DNA from: an uncultured bacterium
GTDB taxonomy: Bacteria; SAR324; NAC60-12
Direction of reading: 5' to 3'
DNA length: 34,910 nt
NCBI GenBank assembly: GCA_964010765.1
Contig: CAXGMD010000033.1
Coordinates: 1 to 34,910 of the forward strand
Below, piece by piece: positions 20,923-30,335 of the stretch. How positions within the stretch are numbered: the stretch's first letter is position 1; each line of letters starts with the position of its first letter. Position numbers and translations under genes: made by a program. A model generated the notes under the pieces. That model searched no databases and was not told where the DNA came from. It saw only the letters and a program-made list of their open reading frames with translations.

Positions 20923-22101
20923 ATGATGCGCTTCCGAATCGGCTTGCTGTCGCTGATCTTCTGCTGCCTTACCAATTTTGTCTGGGCACAGGGTAGCAAT
21001 GCTTATGAACTTTCCAGCAACACCCTGATCCATTTGCGTCAGGCGGGTTTACCATTGGAAATTCTCAGGGATCTGCAGTCTTTGATAGGAATTCGTTTTG
21101 ACACGAAAGAAGATCTGCGTGCTGCACTGCAGAAGTTGCCGCGTTCCCCGACAACCGAAGCCCTAGAGCAGATTGAACAGTTTGCTGAAATGCGACGTCT
21201 ACAACTGCAAGCCCAAGAATTCAGTGGTGATCAGAAGAAGGGAGAGTTGGTATTTCGTGGGGAAGTTGAGGGAGAATTGCCACGAGAACAGCTACGCTTC
21301 CGCTCTGAGCTGCTCAACTTAGTACGCCAAGAAAAGTACGAGAAAATGCGCAGTGAGGGGTCTGTGGAGGTGGAACAGTGGGATCGAACCTTGCAGGCCG
21401 GATTTCTATTCTATGAGCGTGCAGAAGAAGGATTTGCGAACGAAGATGTGCGAGGACCGGTCCAGATCTTGCGCTTCAACGAAGAGTTCCGTGCTAGCGC
21501 TAAGCAAGGAAAAATCAGTGGTAATTTGATGCAGGCTGACCTCCTACGACAACAGGTGCTTCTACAGGGACGCAGTGAAGCAGAGCCCGCTCGGATGGAA
21601 TTAGACCTTGATGAAATTCGCCGACAGCAAGCGTTCAATAGTCTAAAAGAATTGCCACCAACCAGCGATTCTCCAGAGACGGTGACTCTGCAGGCGGCTC
21701 AGGCAACGCTCAATAACCAAGTTAGGCGTCTTTTACTGGAAGGAGCGGTAGAGCTTTTCAAGTCACCAGAACAGCTACGGATCTACGGTGGTCGGGTCCA
21801 GGTGGAATTTGATGCGGCCCAGCAGATTCAAACGGTCTATGCGGAACGAGCGGTATGCTTTGAGCAGCCTGGGCGAGTAGCCCGTGCCGATTCTGTAAGG
21901 ATGGAGCAGGCAACCCAACTGATCTTGTTGGAAGGCAACGCCCAAGTGCAAACCGATCAGTACAACCTGCAAGGTGAGTCGATCAAGCTTTATATGGATG
22001 TCAGCCAAGGAGTGGCTCAAGGTGATGACAATTCTCCGATTCGGGTTACTATTTTGATGGATCAGCCCAATTCGGCAAGCAACGCATTCCGGTGTAGATG
22101 A
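20923..22101 (+). CDS. Exported LptA/OstA-like beta-jellyroll protein with an N-terminal helical module
   Basis: Signal peptide (VWA|Q); OstA-like repeats (LVFRGEV; ARADSVRMEQATQLILLEGNAQVQTDQYNLQGESIKLY). Follows pyrG, as lpt genes often do in Deltaproteobacteria. Confidence 0.7.
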   Translation: MMRFRIGLLSLIFCCLTNFVWAQGSNAYELSSNTLIHLRQAGLPLEILRDLQSLIGIRFDTKEDLRAALQKLPRSPTTEALEQIEQFAEMRRLQLQAQEFSGDQKKGELVFRGEVEGELPREQLRFRSELLNLVRQEKYEKMRSEGSVEVEQWDRTLQAGFLFYERAEEGFANEDVRGPVQILRFNEEFRASAKQGKISGNLMQADLLRQQVLLQGRSEAEPARMELDLDEIRRQQAFNSLKELPPTSDSPETVTLQAAQATLNNQVRRLLLEGAVELFKSPEQLRIYGGRVQVEFDAAQQIQTVYAERAVCFEQPGRVARADSVRMEQATQLILLEGNAQVQTDQYNLQGESIKLYMDVSQGVAQGDDNSPIRVTILMDQPNSASNAFRCR

Positions 22102-22631
22102 ATATCAGCAACAACACCTTTACCAACCTGCGCACCAAGTACACTCCCCCTGTCACGGATGAAGGCAAACAAGGGGAAAAAGCCAATGGTGTAAAGGAGG
22201 AAAATCCACCTCCTGAACTGGCGATGGATGCTTCCTTCAAGAAGTTGCCCGGTGGATTGATGATCTACGTGGAGGAGTTGGGTAAGGGGGAGAAAGTTGA
22301 AACCGGCAGTAAGCTCAGCGTTCATTATGAAGGCTGGTTAGCTAGCGACTTCACCAAGTTCGATAGCAGCATCGACAAGGGGCGACCTTTTGAATATAAT
22401 CATGGCGAAGGCATGGTCATCAAGGGCTGGGAAAAAGCCATGGAGGGAATGCGGGTTGGTACTAAGCTACAACTGAAAATTCCCGCCAAGCTAGCGTATG
22501 GTCCTTCTGGAATGTCTGGAGCTGGTATTCCTCCCAACGCAGATCTGATCTTCAAACTAGAAATATTAGCAGCAGAGAAGCCAGTAGAAGATTCGAAAAA
22601 ATCACCGAACTCGGTAGATCTTTACGCCTGA
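22098..22631 (+). CDS. FKBP-type peptidyl-prolyl isomerase
   Basis: VHYEGWL, KFDSS, VIKGWE, IPAKLAYG and IPPNADLIF motifs. ATGA overlap with the upstream gene. Confidence 0.95.
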   Translation: MNISNNTFTNLRTKYTPPVTDEGKQGEKANGVKEENPPPELAMDASFKKLPGGLMIYVEELGKGEKVETGSKLSVHYEGWLASDFTKFDSSIDKGRPFEYNHGEGMVIKGWEKAMEGMRVGTKLQLKIPAKLAYGPSGMSGAGIPPNADLIFKLEILAAEKPVEDSKKSPNSVDLYA

Positions 22632-22767
22632 AGGTGGATTGATTATAGCTGAGTTGGGCCTGGTTTGAGGTCAGTGATTTGAGCCACTAGCCTGAAGAGG
22701 AGTAGATCAAAGCTACCCTTATTCAATGTAATCAAATTCGGATAGCTTTAATCCACTAGGGTAATCT

Positions 22768-22950
22768 TTACTTCTTCCTTCTGTTTCTTCCTTCCGCCAA
22801 GTATCCTTTCAGCATCCGCGCAGTAAATCCGTGCTTCTTGCACATTTCCTTGACGAGAGACAGATCCTTGTTTCTTTCATCCCGTAATGCGGTTTTTCTT
22901 TGCTTTTGCAGTTCTGCAATTTGATTTTCAAGTTCTTGTACGCTGGGCAT
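22768..22950 (-). CDS. Short H-NS-like protein (oligomerisation domain only)
   Basis: 60 aa: coiled coil ELENQIAELQKQ...VKEMCKKHGFTARML like the H-NS N-terminal domain, then a basic tail. GAGG RBS. No TWxGxGRxP DNA-binding motif. Confidence 0.7.
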   Translation of the reverse strand: MPSVQELENQIAELQKQRKTALRDERNKDLSLVKEMCKKHGFTARMLKGYLAEGRNRRKK

Positions 22951-23412
22951 GGTCTTCCTCAGTTAGCTGTTGATCAATTAGCAAAGTAAACTTTGCTTTG
23001 CCTCTAAGATAGTACGCTATCCTTTGCAAGTTAGTGCAAAGAGCGTTCGTAAGCAATCATTACAGAATCAGTTACTTTCACTCTGTAACTTGTTTTCTCT
23101 GAGTCATAGCAGTTTTAAACTGCTAATTTAAAAGAGTCTATCCAGTTCATGAAATGAATGCAAAAGAAACTTTTTTGATTGGCAACAGCGAATAATATCA
23201 GCCTGAGTACCCAAGTTATGTGAACTCAACAAGTTAAACTCCAAAACTTAATTCAGCAACACAGGGGCTGTGTGTCGACAATTCGATACCAAATTGAATA
23301 GTACAATACGAAGAAAATGGCTGTGTCTAGCTAGTTCAAGTGCCTGTGGTTCCTAATTGGGTAAAAGAGATGGGACGGTTTCTAATATGAAAAACAAAAT
23401 TAGAGAATATTT

Positions 23413-23574
23413 ATGGATAATCAGTACAGTCGTGAGTACCAAGCGTATCTGACCTATGCCTTACAGCGTTACCTGATCGAACACTGTAACTATACTGAGA
23501 AAGATGCAGAGATCAAAGTGATGCAGGATTTCGAAGAAGTAGAGCAAGAGGCACGAGAAGCTGGTTTCCTGTGA
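23413..23574 (+). CDS. Small acidic hypothetical protein (53 aa, not in the ORF track)
   Basis: MDNQYSREYQAYLTYALQRYLIEHCNYTEKDAEIKVMQDFEEVEQEAREAGFL*. Protein-like helical composition; GC-richer than its flanks. Confidence 0.65.
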   Translation: MDNQYSREYQAYLTYALQRYLIEHCNYTEKDAEIKVMQDFEEVEQEAREAGFL

Positions 23575-23668
23575 GAGCAATGTTTATTGGTAATTATCCG
23601 AAGTATCCAGCCGATGTGATTTTGAAAATAAGTAGAAAAGATTTCTTGATTTGAGTTAGTGAGGTCAG

Positions 23669-24274
23669 TTGGACTTTCTCAAAAGTACGCGGAGTCCTCT
23701 CCATACGAATTTAGAAGAAGATTATTTTGCGATCCATGCTTTAGCGAAGTTTATGTATACGAGTACAGCGAGTTCCTTTGGTTTAGTGAGCGGTCCACAA
23801 ATCGCCTACGTAGTGGTCCACGCAGACGAATATGCGATTCAGGCCAGCAGGCTAGTCAAGAACTCTCAGGATTTTCAGAAAAGTCTTCAGCAGCATCTAC
23901 AAAAACTATTGCAGGAACAGGTCAATGTGATTTTGCTGAATCTGCAAAAGACGGAGCAGCAACCACCAAAATTCCTAAGATCCTTAGGGAGCCAAGTGAC
24001 CGTGATTCCTTCACTAGAGCAGGACTCAGTCAATGCACAGGCTGAGCGACTAAGTGAGTACTTGGTGAGGCAGAGAGGTCTGAAACAGTTAGTCTTTACA
24101 GGTGGCTGGAAAAACGCCTGCCTCAAGCACACGCTCCGCCGGACAGTGATTACAAAAGACCCATTTGAATTGGGGATCATGGATGAGATCCATCGTCCGG
24201 TAAGCGGCGTAGTAGAATATAGTAAGCAAAGGCTTGAAGTCATGGTCACAGTGGACCACGACTTCGTGTTCTGA
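23669..24274 (+). CDS. Hypothetical protein, divergent isochorismatase/cysteine-hydrolase-like
   Basis: LSEYLVRQRGLKQLVFTGGWKNACLKHT resembles the L..L...GI..LV..G..T..CV..T motif. N-terminal strand AYVVVHAD. TTG start is uncertain. Confidence 0.6.
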   Translation: MDFLKSTRSPLHTNLEEDYFAIHALAKFMYTSTASSFGLVSGPQIAYVVVHADEYAIQASRLVKNSQDFQKSLQQHLQKLLQEQVNVILLNLQKTEQQPPKFLRSLGSQVTVIPSLEQDSVNAQAERLSEYLVRQRGLKQLVFTGGWKNACLKHTLRRTVITKDPFELGIMDEIHRPVSGVVEYSKQRLEVMVTVDHDFVF

Positions 24275-24287
24275 GGTGTAGAGAGAA

Positions 24288-24704
24288 TCAGGCAGGTTCT
24301 GCAGTCTTTTCCGGTAAGCGGCGTGGTTCCTCTGACCACTCCTTGTCATCAAGCAGGTATTGCATACGCTCAACGATTTGCTGTAGCTCGTGATTACGTT
24401 GCTCGAGAGACTGGTTCTTGTTGCGCTCCAGCAGGACCAGGCGCTTGAGGCGCTTGACTTCCATCACTTGGTTGCGGTGCAGGACTCTGAGTTGAGAGTG
24501 ATAAGTGAAGAAGTAGGCCACACAGAAAAGGATACCCAGCGCCAACGTCACAAAGATCGGTACAAAAACTGGGCGCTCGAACCGGAAACTCAGACCGAGT
24601 TCATCAAGGTTGAACCGGATCACAATCGGATCTAGATTCTGGGTGATGAAAACGATACTCAGGTAAAGAAATCCGGCGAAGAATACGAGCCAGAGATAGC
24701 GCAT
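24288..24704 (-). CDS. LapA/DUF1049-like membrane protein with a coiled-coil tail
   Basis: TM1, F..QN...V.I.F, PVFVPIFVTLALG TM2, then a coiled coil. AAGGAGG RBS. Confidence 0.75.
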   Translation of the reverse strand: MRYLWLVFFAGFLYLSIVFITQNLDPIVIRFNLDELGLSFRFERPVFVPIFVTLALGILFCVAYFFTYHSQLRVLHRNQVMEVKRLKRLVLLERNKNQSLEQRNHELQQIVERMQYLLDDKEWSEEPRRLPEKTAEPA

Positions 24705-24808
24705 AGCCTCCTTGGGGCTGGGAGTAGGTTACAGTGGTGGTATTCACTTCCACCAGAGCTGACACTATGAGTGCTCTGGGAACACCGACCGTCTCTGGAA
24801 ATCAGGGT

Positions 24809-24838
24809 ACTATCCCTTACTTTGTCGCCGAGTGTCAA
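24809..24838 (-). promoter_or_regulatory. Possible sigma70 promoter for the LapA-like gene
   Basis: TTGACA (24838-24833), 18 nt, GATAGT (24814-24809). Confidence 0.45.
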
Positions 24839-24909
24839 GATCTTGGCAATGCCAGATGTGAGTATGTGAGAGTTCTTTCAACTTTTTTGGATATTCAAGA
24901 CGGAGAATA

Positions 24910-25386
24910 ATGAGAATTTGCAGGACTTTCTTGGTCTTGATGAGTTTACTGAAGTTTTGCGCTGTACCCGTAGTTGCTGTGGAACTCTCGCTACTGGATG
25001 AGTCACGCAAAACCTGTGATTCTCTGCGTCAAGGAGAAGGCTTTTCAGAATTACGCTCTGATCCGATGTGGAAGGATCTGCGCTTCCGCTACCAATTTGA
25101 TGACCAGACGGGCAACTGCGAGTTCTCCGGTTTTGAACTGCGCCTGGATTCCTGGCAACGTTCCCTGATGGATAACCTACTGCAAGGAATCTCGGTGCAT
25201 TATGGATCACGATTCAGCCCTGATTTCTGGAATCTGACCAATTGGGTTCAGGAAGAACAACCACTGAGCCGAATTCAGGTCTTTCGCAATCAGGAATTTT
25301 CCTTCTCCATCATTCCCGATGCACAGGGTCGCCCTGGTGTACTACTCCAGTTCACAACTCTACCTGGTGAATTCCTTGATCAGTGA
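24910..25386 (+). CDS. Exported hypothetical protein
   Basis: 158 aa, GGAG RBS, signal-peptide-like N-terminus, two Cys in the mature part. Confidence 0.65.
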   Translation: MRICRTFLVLMSLLKFCAVPVVAVELSLLDESRKTCDSLRQGEGFSELRSDPMWKDLRFRYQFDDQTGNCEFSGFELRLDSWQRSLMDNLLQGISVHYGSRFSPDFWNLTNWVQEEQPLSRIQVFRNQEFSFSIIPDAQGRPGVLLQFTTLPGEFLDQ

Positions 25387-26436
25387 TCATTGGGAGTCGA
25401 ATTCCTCACAATCTCGCAGTCCTTGAGCTTTCCCCCACTCGTACATGTATTCAGAGACCTGTAGGAGCGCCACGGGATCTCCTGGATTGATGTGATCTCC
25501 TGGCAGCCAGAGTTCAGACTTTGGCTCTGGTGCCGCATTCCAAAGTAGACCGTAAGAAGACTGCGGTGCAAGGCGGTCGTCACGGCCATTAATGAAGTGG
25601 ATAGGAGTATTCTGAATATTGGGTAGATAGGCTTCCATCTCACCATATTCCAAAAGCGTTGAAAGGAACCAGGCGAGGCTACCAGCCAGCGCTCGTAGTC
25701 CAAGATCTTTACTCCAAGCAACCAGTCCTTCCGGTTCTGAAGGCATTTTGTAATGAATGCGGCCTTGTCGGACAAACTCACGGTTAAAGAGTCCTTCAAA
25801 ATCAGTGAACGCATAAATCAGCAATAGTCCCGAAACGTTCTCATTCTCCAAGCTGGCGAGAGTTGCAGTGAAGGGAGCGCCAAAGCTACCTCCAGCCAGC
25901 ACGACTTGCTCTGTGAAGCGAGCATCTCCGTCTAGAGAGCCGTTGGTATGACGTAACAGCGCTTGTAAGGCACCAAGAGTATGGAGCATTTCCAGACGAA
26001 TCAACTCTCCTACATTCCACCACTCAGCAACTCCATAGCTCAGCCAGACCTGTTTACTGACATACTCCCGGATAGGGTGCTCCATCGCCACAGTGTTGGC
26101 TGGATCATTGAGGACAGCACTGCCATCCAGCAGATTCTTACCTTGTTTCACTCCGGTGAGTAGTATGGAAGTGTCACAACTTAGGCCTCGGGGATTTCCT
26201 CGAAACCAAGCAATGGTTTTTCGTTCAGGATCACTGATGGATTGGATTTCCCACTGCTCGGTATCAAGTTCACGAACTTGCCAGCGTGGGATCTCTTTAA
26301 GTTCAATGGGTTGACGAATTTGCTCCAGTTTCCAGTAGCTTAGTCCCAAAAAGGAAATCAGCCCCAGCAGCAAAATCCTCCCAATCCAGCGCAGCATTAC
26401 GATTCCAAGTGATGATTGAGCGATGCCTTCAGACAA
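25387..26436 (-). CDS. Membrane-anchored alpha/beta hydrolase
   Basis: N-terminal TM; VVLAGGSFG nucleophile elbow; FINGRDDRL (Asp); LPGDHIN (His). Confidence 0.85.
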   Translation of the reverse strand: MSEGIAQSSLGIVMLRWIGRILLLGLISFLGLSYWKLEQIRQPIELKEIPRWQVRELDTEQWEIQSISDPERKTIAWFRGNPRGLSCDTSILLTGVKQGKNLLDGSAVLNDPANTVAMEHPIREYVSKQVWLSYGVAEWWNVGELIRLEMLHTLGALQALLRHTNGSLDGDARFTEQVVLAGGSFGAPFTATLASLENENVSGLLLIYAFTDFEGLFNREFVRQGRIHYKMPSEPEGLVAWSKDLGLRALAGSLAWFLSTLLEYGEMEAYLPNIQNTPIHFINGRDDRLAPQSSYGLLWNAAPEPKSELWLPGDHINPGDPVALLQVSEYMYEWGKAQGLRDCEEFDSQ

Positions 26437-26549
26437 TCACTGGATTGCCTGATTCCAGCAACATTTTGAGCAAGTTTTTGGCCTTTTGTCGCGGATGTAT
26501 GAACTGTAGAAGGCAACAACAGGAGTCTGAGGAGGCCGACTGAGAGGAG

Positions 26550-26577
26550 AAAAACAGGGAGTGGAAGCCCTCCCTGC
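26550..26577 (-). terminator. Intrinsic terminator of the CHAT gene
   Basis: Minus strand CAGGGAG-ggcttcca-CTCCCTG-TTTTT, about 17 nt after the stop. Confidence 0.75.
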
Positions 26578-26593
26578 TATTAGAAGTGACGAG

Positions 26594-29500
26594 CTATTCG
26601 CGACGACCAACCATGGCGAAAGCACCCCAATAGAAGGGGCTGCTCCAGCGGAAGTCCTCAACCATTTCAAGACGAGCCTCTCGCATGGCTTCCCGTGGGG
26701 GAATACCGTCCAGGTATTTGTCGTAGAACTTGGTCATCAGGAGTTGAGTACCATCGTCAGAGACTTCCCAAAAGGAATTGATTACGGAGTCGACACCAGC
26801 TTCCTGGAAGGAGCGACGCAGACCATAGACTCCTTCACCTTCGTGAATCTCACCTAGGCCAGTTTCACAAGCGGATAGAATGACAAGTCGAGTACCAGTC
26901 AAGTTTAGGCTGAGCACCTCCATCGCAGTCAACACTCCGTCATTGTCTGTATCGATTTCACCCAACAGAGGAGCATTCGGATTCAACCCAGCAAAGGCCA
27001 ACCCAGCACGCAACAAGGGGTTATCTGCTGGAGGTGGGATTGGGTTTTGACTACCACGCTGCATACCCATGATGCGCTTGGCCAGCCGTTCCTGTTCTTT
27101 CAGAAAAAAACCATGGGTCGCAATGTGAAGAATCTCAGGAACCTTCTCAGCGTTGTAACTACGCAGCTCTTTCTCTTCGGCTGCAGCCCGAGTAAAAAAG
27201 ATTGTGCTGCGCTCCTTGTCGCCCACTACCTCTTCAATCACTTCACCTTCCTTCTCAGCTCCAGGAAGAGGACTGAAGTTTAGCCCACGTAGACCGTTAC
27301 CCATGCGAATGCCAGAGTTTACGGTTGCTGAACGCTTACTGGAAGCAACCATACGAGCTTCTGGAGAGTTACTGATCTCATCAGAATCATAGTCTGGACC
27401 CGCAATGATGAGCACATCACCCTCGGCAGGTTCCAGCGGATCGACCACCAAATCTCGAGCAGAACTGATTAACCGCAGATTCAGGGTCTCAATTAGGTAC
27501 TGGTCCTCAAAATCAACCAATGCGTCAAAGGGCAGCACATTCAGCACGCTGTCTGGGATCAGGAATATCGAATCCTTGTCTTCTAGAAATTCAGTGATTG
27601 GATCCCAGAGAGGCTCATAGAGTTCCTGGGCAATCGGTTTGATATCATCCTCAATGACAGTCACGTCCATCATGTAGTCACGCAACTCCATGATCATATC
27701 TTTGAATGGCTCCAGTTCTTCGTAATTGTAGAAGTGGAGTTCACCATCATTCAGGATAATGACACAGAGTGACCACTCATCGTTTTCATCACGATAGGCG
27801 AAAAAATCGACCAGTGCGTGTTCCTCACCGACAGCATCAAGCACATCTTCAACACTGACCTGCTGAATTGCCTGCCGAAAGACAGCGCTCGCTTCTCCTA
27901 GACGGAGTTGAAGGCTGTTGACCCTATTTTCGAGATCGTTGATCAACTCAGGAAAGTTGTTACGAGTTTCCGGAGTGGGACCAGAGAGCGTCAAGGCAGC
28001 CAACTCCTTGCGGGCAGCGGTTAACTCTTCCGTGATAACTTGTAACTCGGGAGAGTCTGCCATCTGAACTACCTGCTGAGTTTCACTGGTGATCTTCAGT
28101 AGCAGTCCCTTGCGCCGGAGGCTGATATCAAAAATATCTCGAGCAGTGCGTTCGTCATCTAATTCAATTAGCAGCCGAATGTAAGCATCTAGCTCAGGAC
28201 GATAGAGATTGATATAGGACTGACGGGTATTGTCACCAGCTACCCAGAGAATTCGGTTCAGAAATTCGTTACGGCGCTGATAGCCCAGCTGTCGTGTTTC
28301 GTAGGCGTCATCCAGATCTCCCATCTCCTGCTGGAGATTGGCCAGATTGTTCAAAGTCTCAAAGGTGTAAGGGTGCAATTCTCCAATGACCTTGCCCTGT
28401 AGCTCAAGTGTTTCCTGGAAAAGTTCCAGGGCCTCGTCTTCACGACCTTGTTCAACGTAGAGCACGGCGAGATCGTTCATACTACGCAGGACATCTTCGT
28501 GTTCCTGCCCTTCAAATAGTTCAGTACGCAGTTTGAGGGCGCGAACCAGAGTTTCTTCTGCTTGGTCCAGTTCGCCAAGTTGTGTTTGAACTCGGCCACT
28601 ATTGTTAAGCGCCTTGAGTGTATCCTGGTGCTTTTCTCCGTAGAGTTCCTTCCAGATTTCGTAAGCTTCGAGAAAATTGGTTTCTGCTTGTTCTGGTTTT
28701 TGGTCAATCAGGTAGAGGTAGGCCAGGTTGTTGATGCTGGCCACCGTGTTTGGATGAGTTGGACCGAAGACCTTTTTATTAAGTTCAATGACTTGCTGAT
28801 AGGTACGCTCCGCTCGGCTGAAGTCTCCCTGTGCCTCGTAGAGCATGGCAATGTTGTTGTTGAGCGCCAGTGAGGTTGGGTGCTCTGTGCCTTGCTCCAC
28901 TTGGGAAAGTGCCAGTGCTTTCTGGTAGAGTGGTTCCGCTTCGTCATAGAGTCCTTGGCTTTCCAGGACAAGAGCCAAGTTGTTCGTGATAGAGATGGTC
29001 TGAGGTGCACCTTCACCAAGTGCAGCGCTCATTGCTTGCAGTGCTTGTCGGTAGGTGGCTTCGGATTGCTGCAACTGGCCAAGCCGACGGTAAATGCCAG
29101 CCAGATTGTTCAGATCACCTGCTGTATTTGGATGGGCATCACCAAGAATTTGTTGATCGATTTCGTATACTTCTTGGTAATAGCGAAGGGATGCAACAAA
29201 GTTATTCGTATTTTCATAGAGTTGAGCAAGATGACTTTTCGCATTAATCACTAGTGGATCTGCAATTCCAAGTAGTTGCTCTGCCGTTGCGATCACTTCC
29301 AGGAACATTGGCTCCGCTTCATCGGGACGTCCCAATTGTCGGTACAACTCTGCCAATCGTTCCTTGGTTTCCAGCGTCTGTGTCTCCTCAGGTCCCTGAA
29401 CCTTTGTTCGTAGGGCATAACTCTGCTCCAGTGGTTCCAGAGCAGGGCGTAACTTGCCTTGGCGCTGATAGAGTTGCGCTAGGTCTTCCAGGACATTGAT

Positions 29501-30268
29501 TGTGGGTAACGCTTCTGCCCCAACTGCCGTCACGAGAGTTGCTTGAGCATCCTGTAAGCGCTGCTCTGCTAGTTCATAGCGTTGCAATTCCGCATCATTG
29601 TTTGCCAAGCTTTGTAAGCGCAGGGTGGTTCGGGGATCCTGTGCCCCCAAGGCTTCGGTAGATACAAGAAAGGCTTTTTCATAAACGACATCAGCCATCT
29701 CGTATTCACCCAACTCTGCAAAGAATCCTCCGTACTGATCAAGAATCTGCAAAACGATGTTCGAGTTGGTGCCCTGCTGCTCCATGGCGATGACCAGAGT
29801 CTCCTGGTAGAGTTCATTGGCAATTTCTAGTTCTCCCAGTTCTCCATACAGCAGTGCCTGGAGTAAATAAGCCCGAAGGGTTCGTTCATCTCGTAGTCCG
29901 AAGTGTTGATCTGCCAACTCACGAGCTTGTAGAGCCTTGTTCAGGCTGTTTTCCAGTTCCCCAAATTCATATTCCTGCATCGCCTGATCAAAGATTTTTT
30001 TCCAATCACGAGCCAGCTCAACAGGATCAATGGTGGTCTCTTCAGTAGCTGCGGTGTCTGGCAGTTCAGACTGTACAGATGCAGCCTGGGTTTCTGCCTC
30101 CTTTACTGTGGATTCAGTACGCTGGAGCGCATCCTCAACCTGCTGTAGTGCATTCTGGGTCTCCGACAGAGCTTTTTCACTTTGCTCATTTTCTTGTGCA
30201 ATTGCCCAACTATGGGTCAGCAGATAACTGACACAGAACACGACAAAGGCTCGTTGGCGCAGCAGCAT
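26594..30268 (-). CDS. Exported TPR-CHAT (caspase-like) protease
   Basis: Signal peptide (WAIA|QE); a dozen or more ~42-aa TPRs (HPxTxxxxNNLA); CHAT domain with LHIATHG (His), LSACETG (Cys), SFWEVSD and PFYWGAF. AAGGAGG RBS supports ATG 30268. Confidence 0.93.
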   Translation of the reverse strand: MLLRQRAFVVFCVSYLLTHSWAIAQENEQSEKALSETQNALQQVEDALQRTESTVKEAETQAASVQSELPDTAATEETTIDPVELARDWKKIFDQAMQEYEFGELENSLNKALQARELADQHFGLRDERTLRAYLLQALLYGELGELEIANELYQETLVIAMEQQGTNSNIVLQILDQYGGFFAELGEYEMADVVYEKAFLVSTEALGAQDPRTTLRLQSLANNDAELQRYELAEQRLQDAQATLVTAVGAEALPTINVLEDLAQLYQRQGKLRPALEPLEQSYALRTKVQGPEETQTLETKERLAELYRQLGRPDEAEPMFLEVIATAEQLLGIADPLVINAKSHLAQLYENTNNFVASLRYYQEVYEIDQQILGDAHPNTAGDLNNLAGIYRRLGQLQQSEATYRQALQAMSAALGEGAPQTISITNNLALVLESQGLYDEAEPLYQKALALSQVEQGTEHPTSLALNNNIAMLYEAQGDFSRAERTYQQVIELNKKVFGPTHPNTVASINNLAYLYLIDQKPEQAETNFLEAYEIWKELYGEKHQDTLKALNNSGRVQTQLGELDQAEETLVRALKLRTELFEGQEHEDVLRSMNDLAVLYVEQGREDEALELFQETLELQGKVIGELHPYTFETLNNLANLQQEMGDLDDAYETRQLGYQRRNEFLNRILWVAGDNTRQSYINLYRPELDAYIRLLIELDDERTARDIFDISLRRKGLLLKITSETQQVVQMADSPELQVITEELTAARKELAALTLSGPTPETRNNFPELINDLENRVNSLQLRLGEASAVFRQAIQQVSVEDVLDAVGEEHALVDFFAYRDENDEWSLCVIILNDGELHFYNYEELEPFKDMIMELRDYMMDVTVIEDDIKPIAQELYEPLWDPITEFLEDKDSIFLIPDSVLNVLPFDALVDFEDQYLIETLNLRLISSARDLVVDPLEPAEGDVLIIAGPDYDSDEISNSPEARMVASSKRSATVNSGIRMGNGLRGLNFSPLPGAEKEGEVIEEVVGDKERSTIFFTRAAAEEKELRSYNAEKVPEILHIATHGFFLKEQERLAKRIMGMQRGSQNPIPPPADNPLLRAGLAFAGLNPNAPLLGEIDTDNDGVLTAMEVLSLNLTGTRLVILSACETGLGEIHEGEGVYGLRRSFQEAGVDSVINSFWEVSDDGTQLLMTKFYDKYLDGIPPREAMREARLEMVEDFRWSSPFYWGAFAMVGRRE

Positions 30269-30305
30269 TTGGCCTCCTTGAACCGGCATTCTTGACAAAG
30301 GGGGA

Positions 30306-30325
30306 AGACGATCAAAAGATCGTCT
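30306..30325 (-). terminator. Hairpin between lpdA and the CHAT gene
   Basis: AGACGATC-aaaa-GATCGTCT, 10 nt after the lpdA stop. No U-tract. Confidence 0.4.
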
Positions 30326-30335
30326 GGATAATCAA

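Noticed and set aside
25381..25392. Zero-gap convergent stops forming TGATCA
   Set aside because: Real, but ordinary genome compaction.
25387..26593. Alpha/beta hydrolase co-transcribed with the CHAT gene
   Set aside because: An intrinsic terminator with a U-tract at 26550-26577 separates them.
26594..30268. CHAT protein as a type III-E CRISPR 'Craspase' (Csx29) or defence effector
   Set aside because: No cas genes or array in the window, and the protein has a signal peptide.
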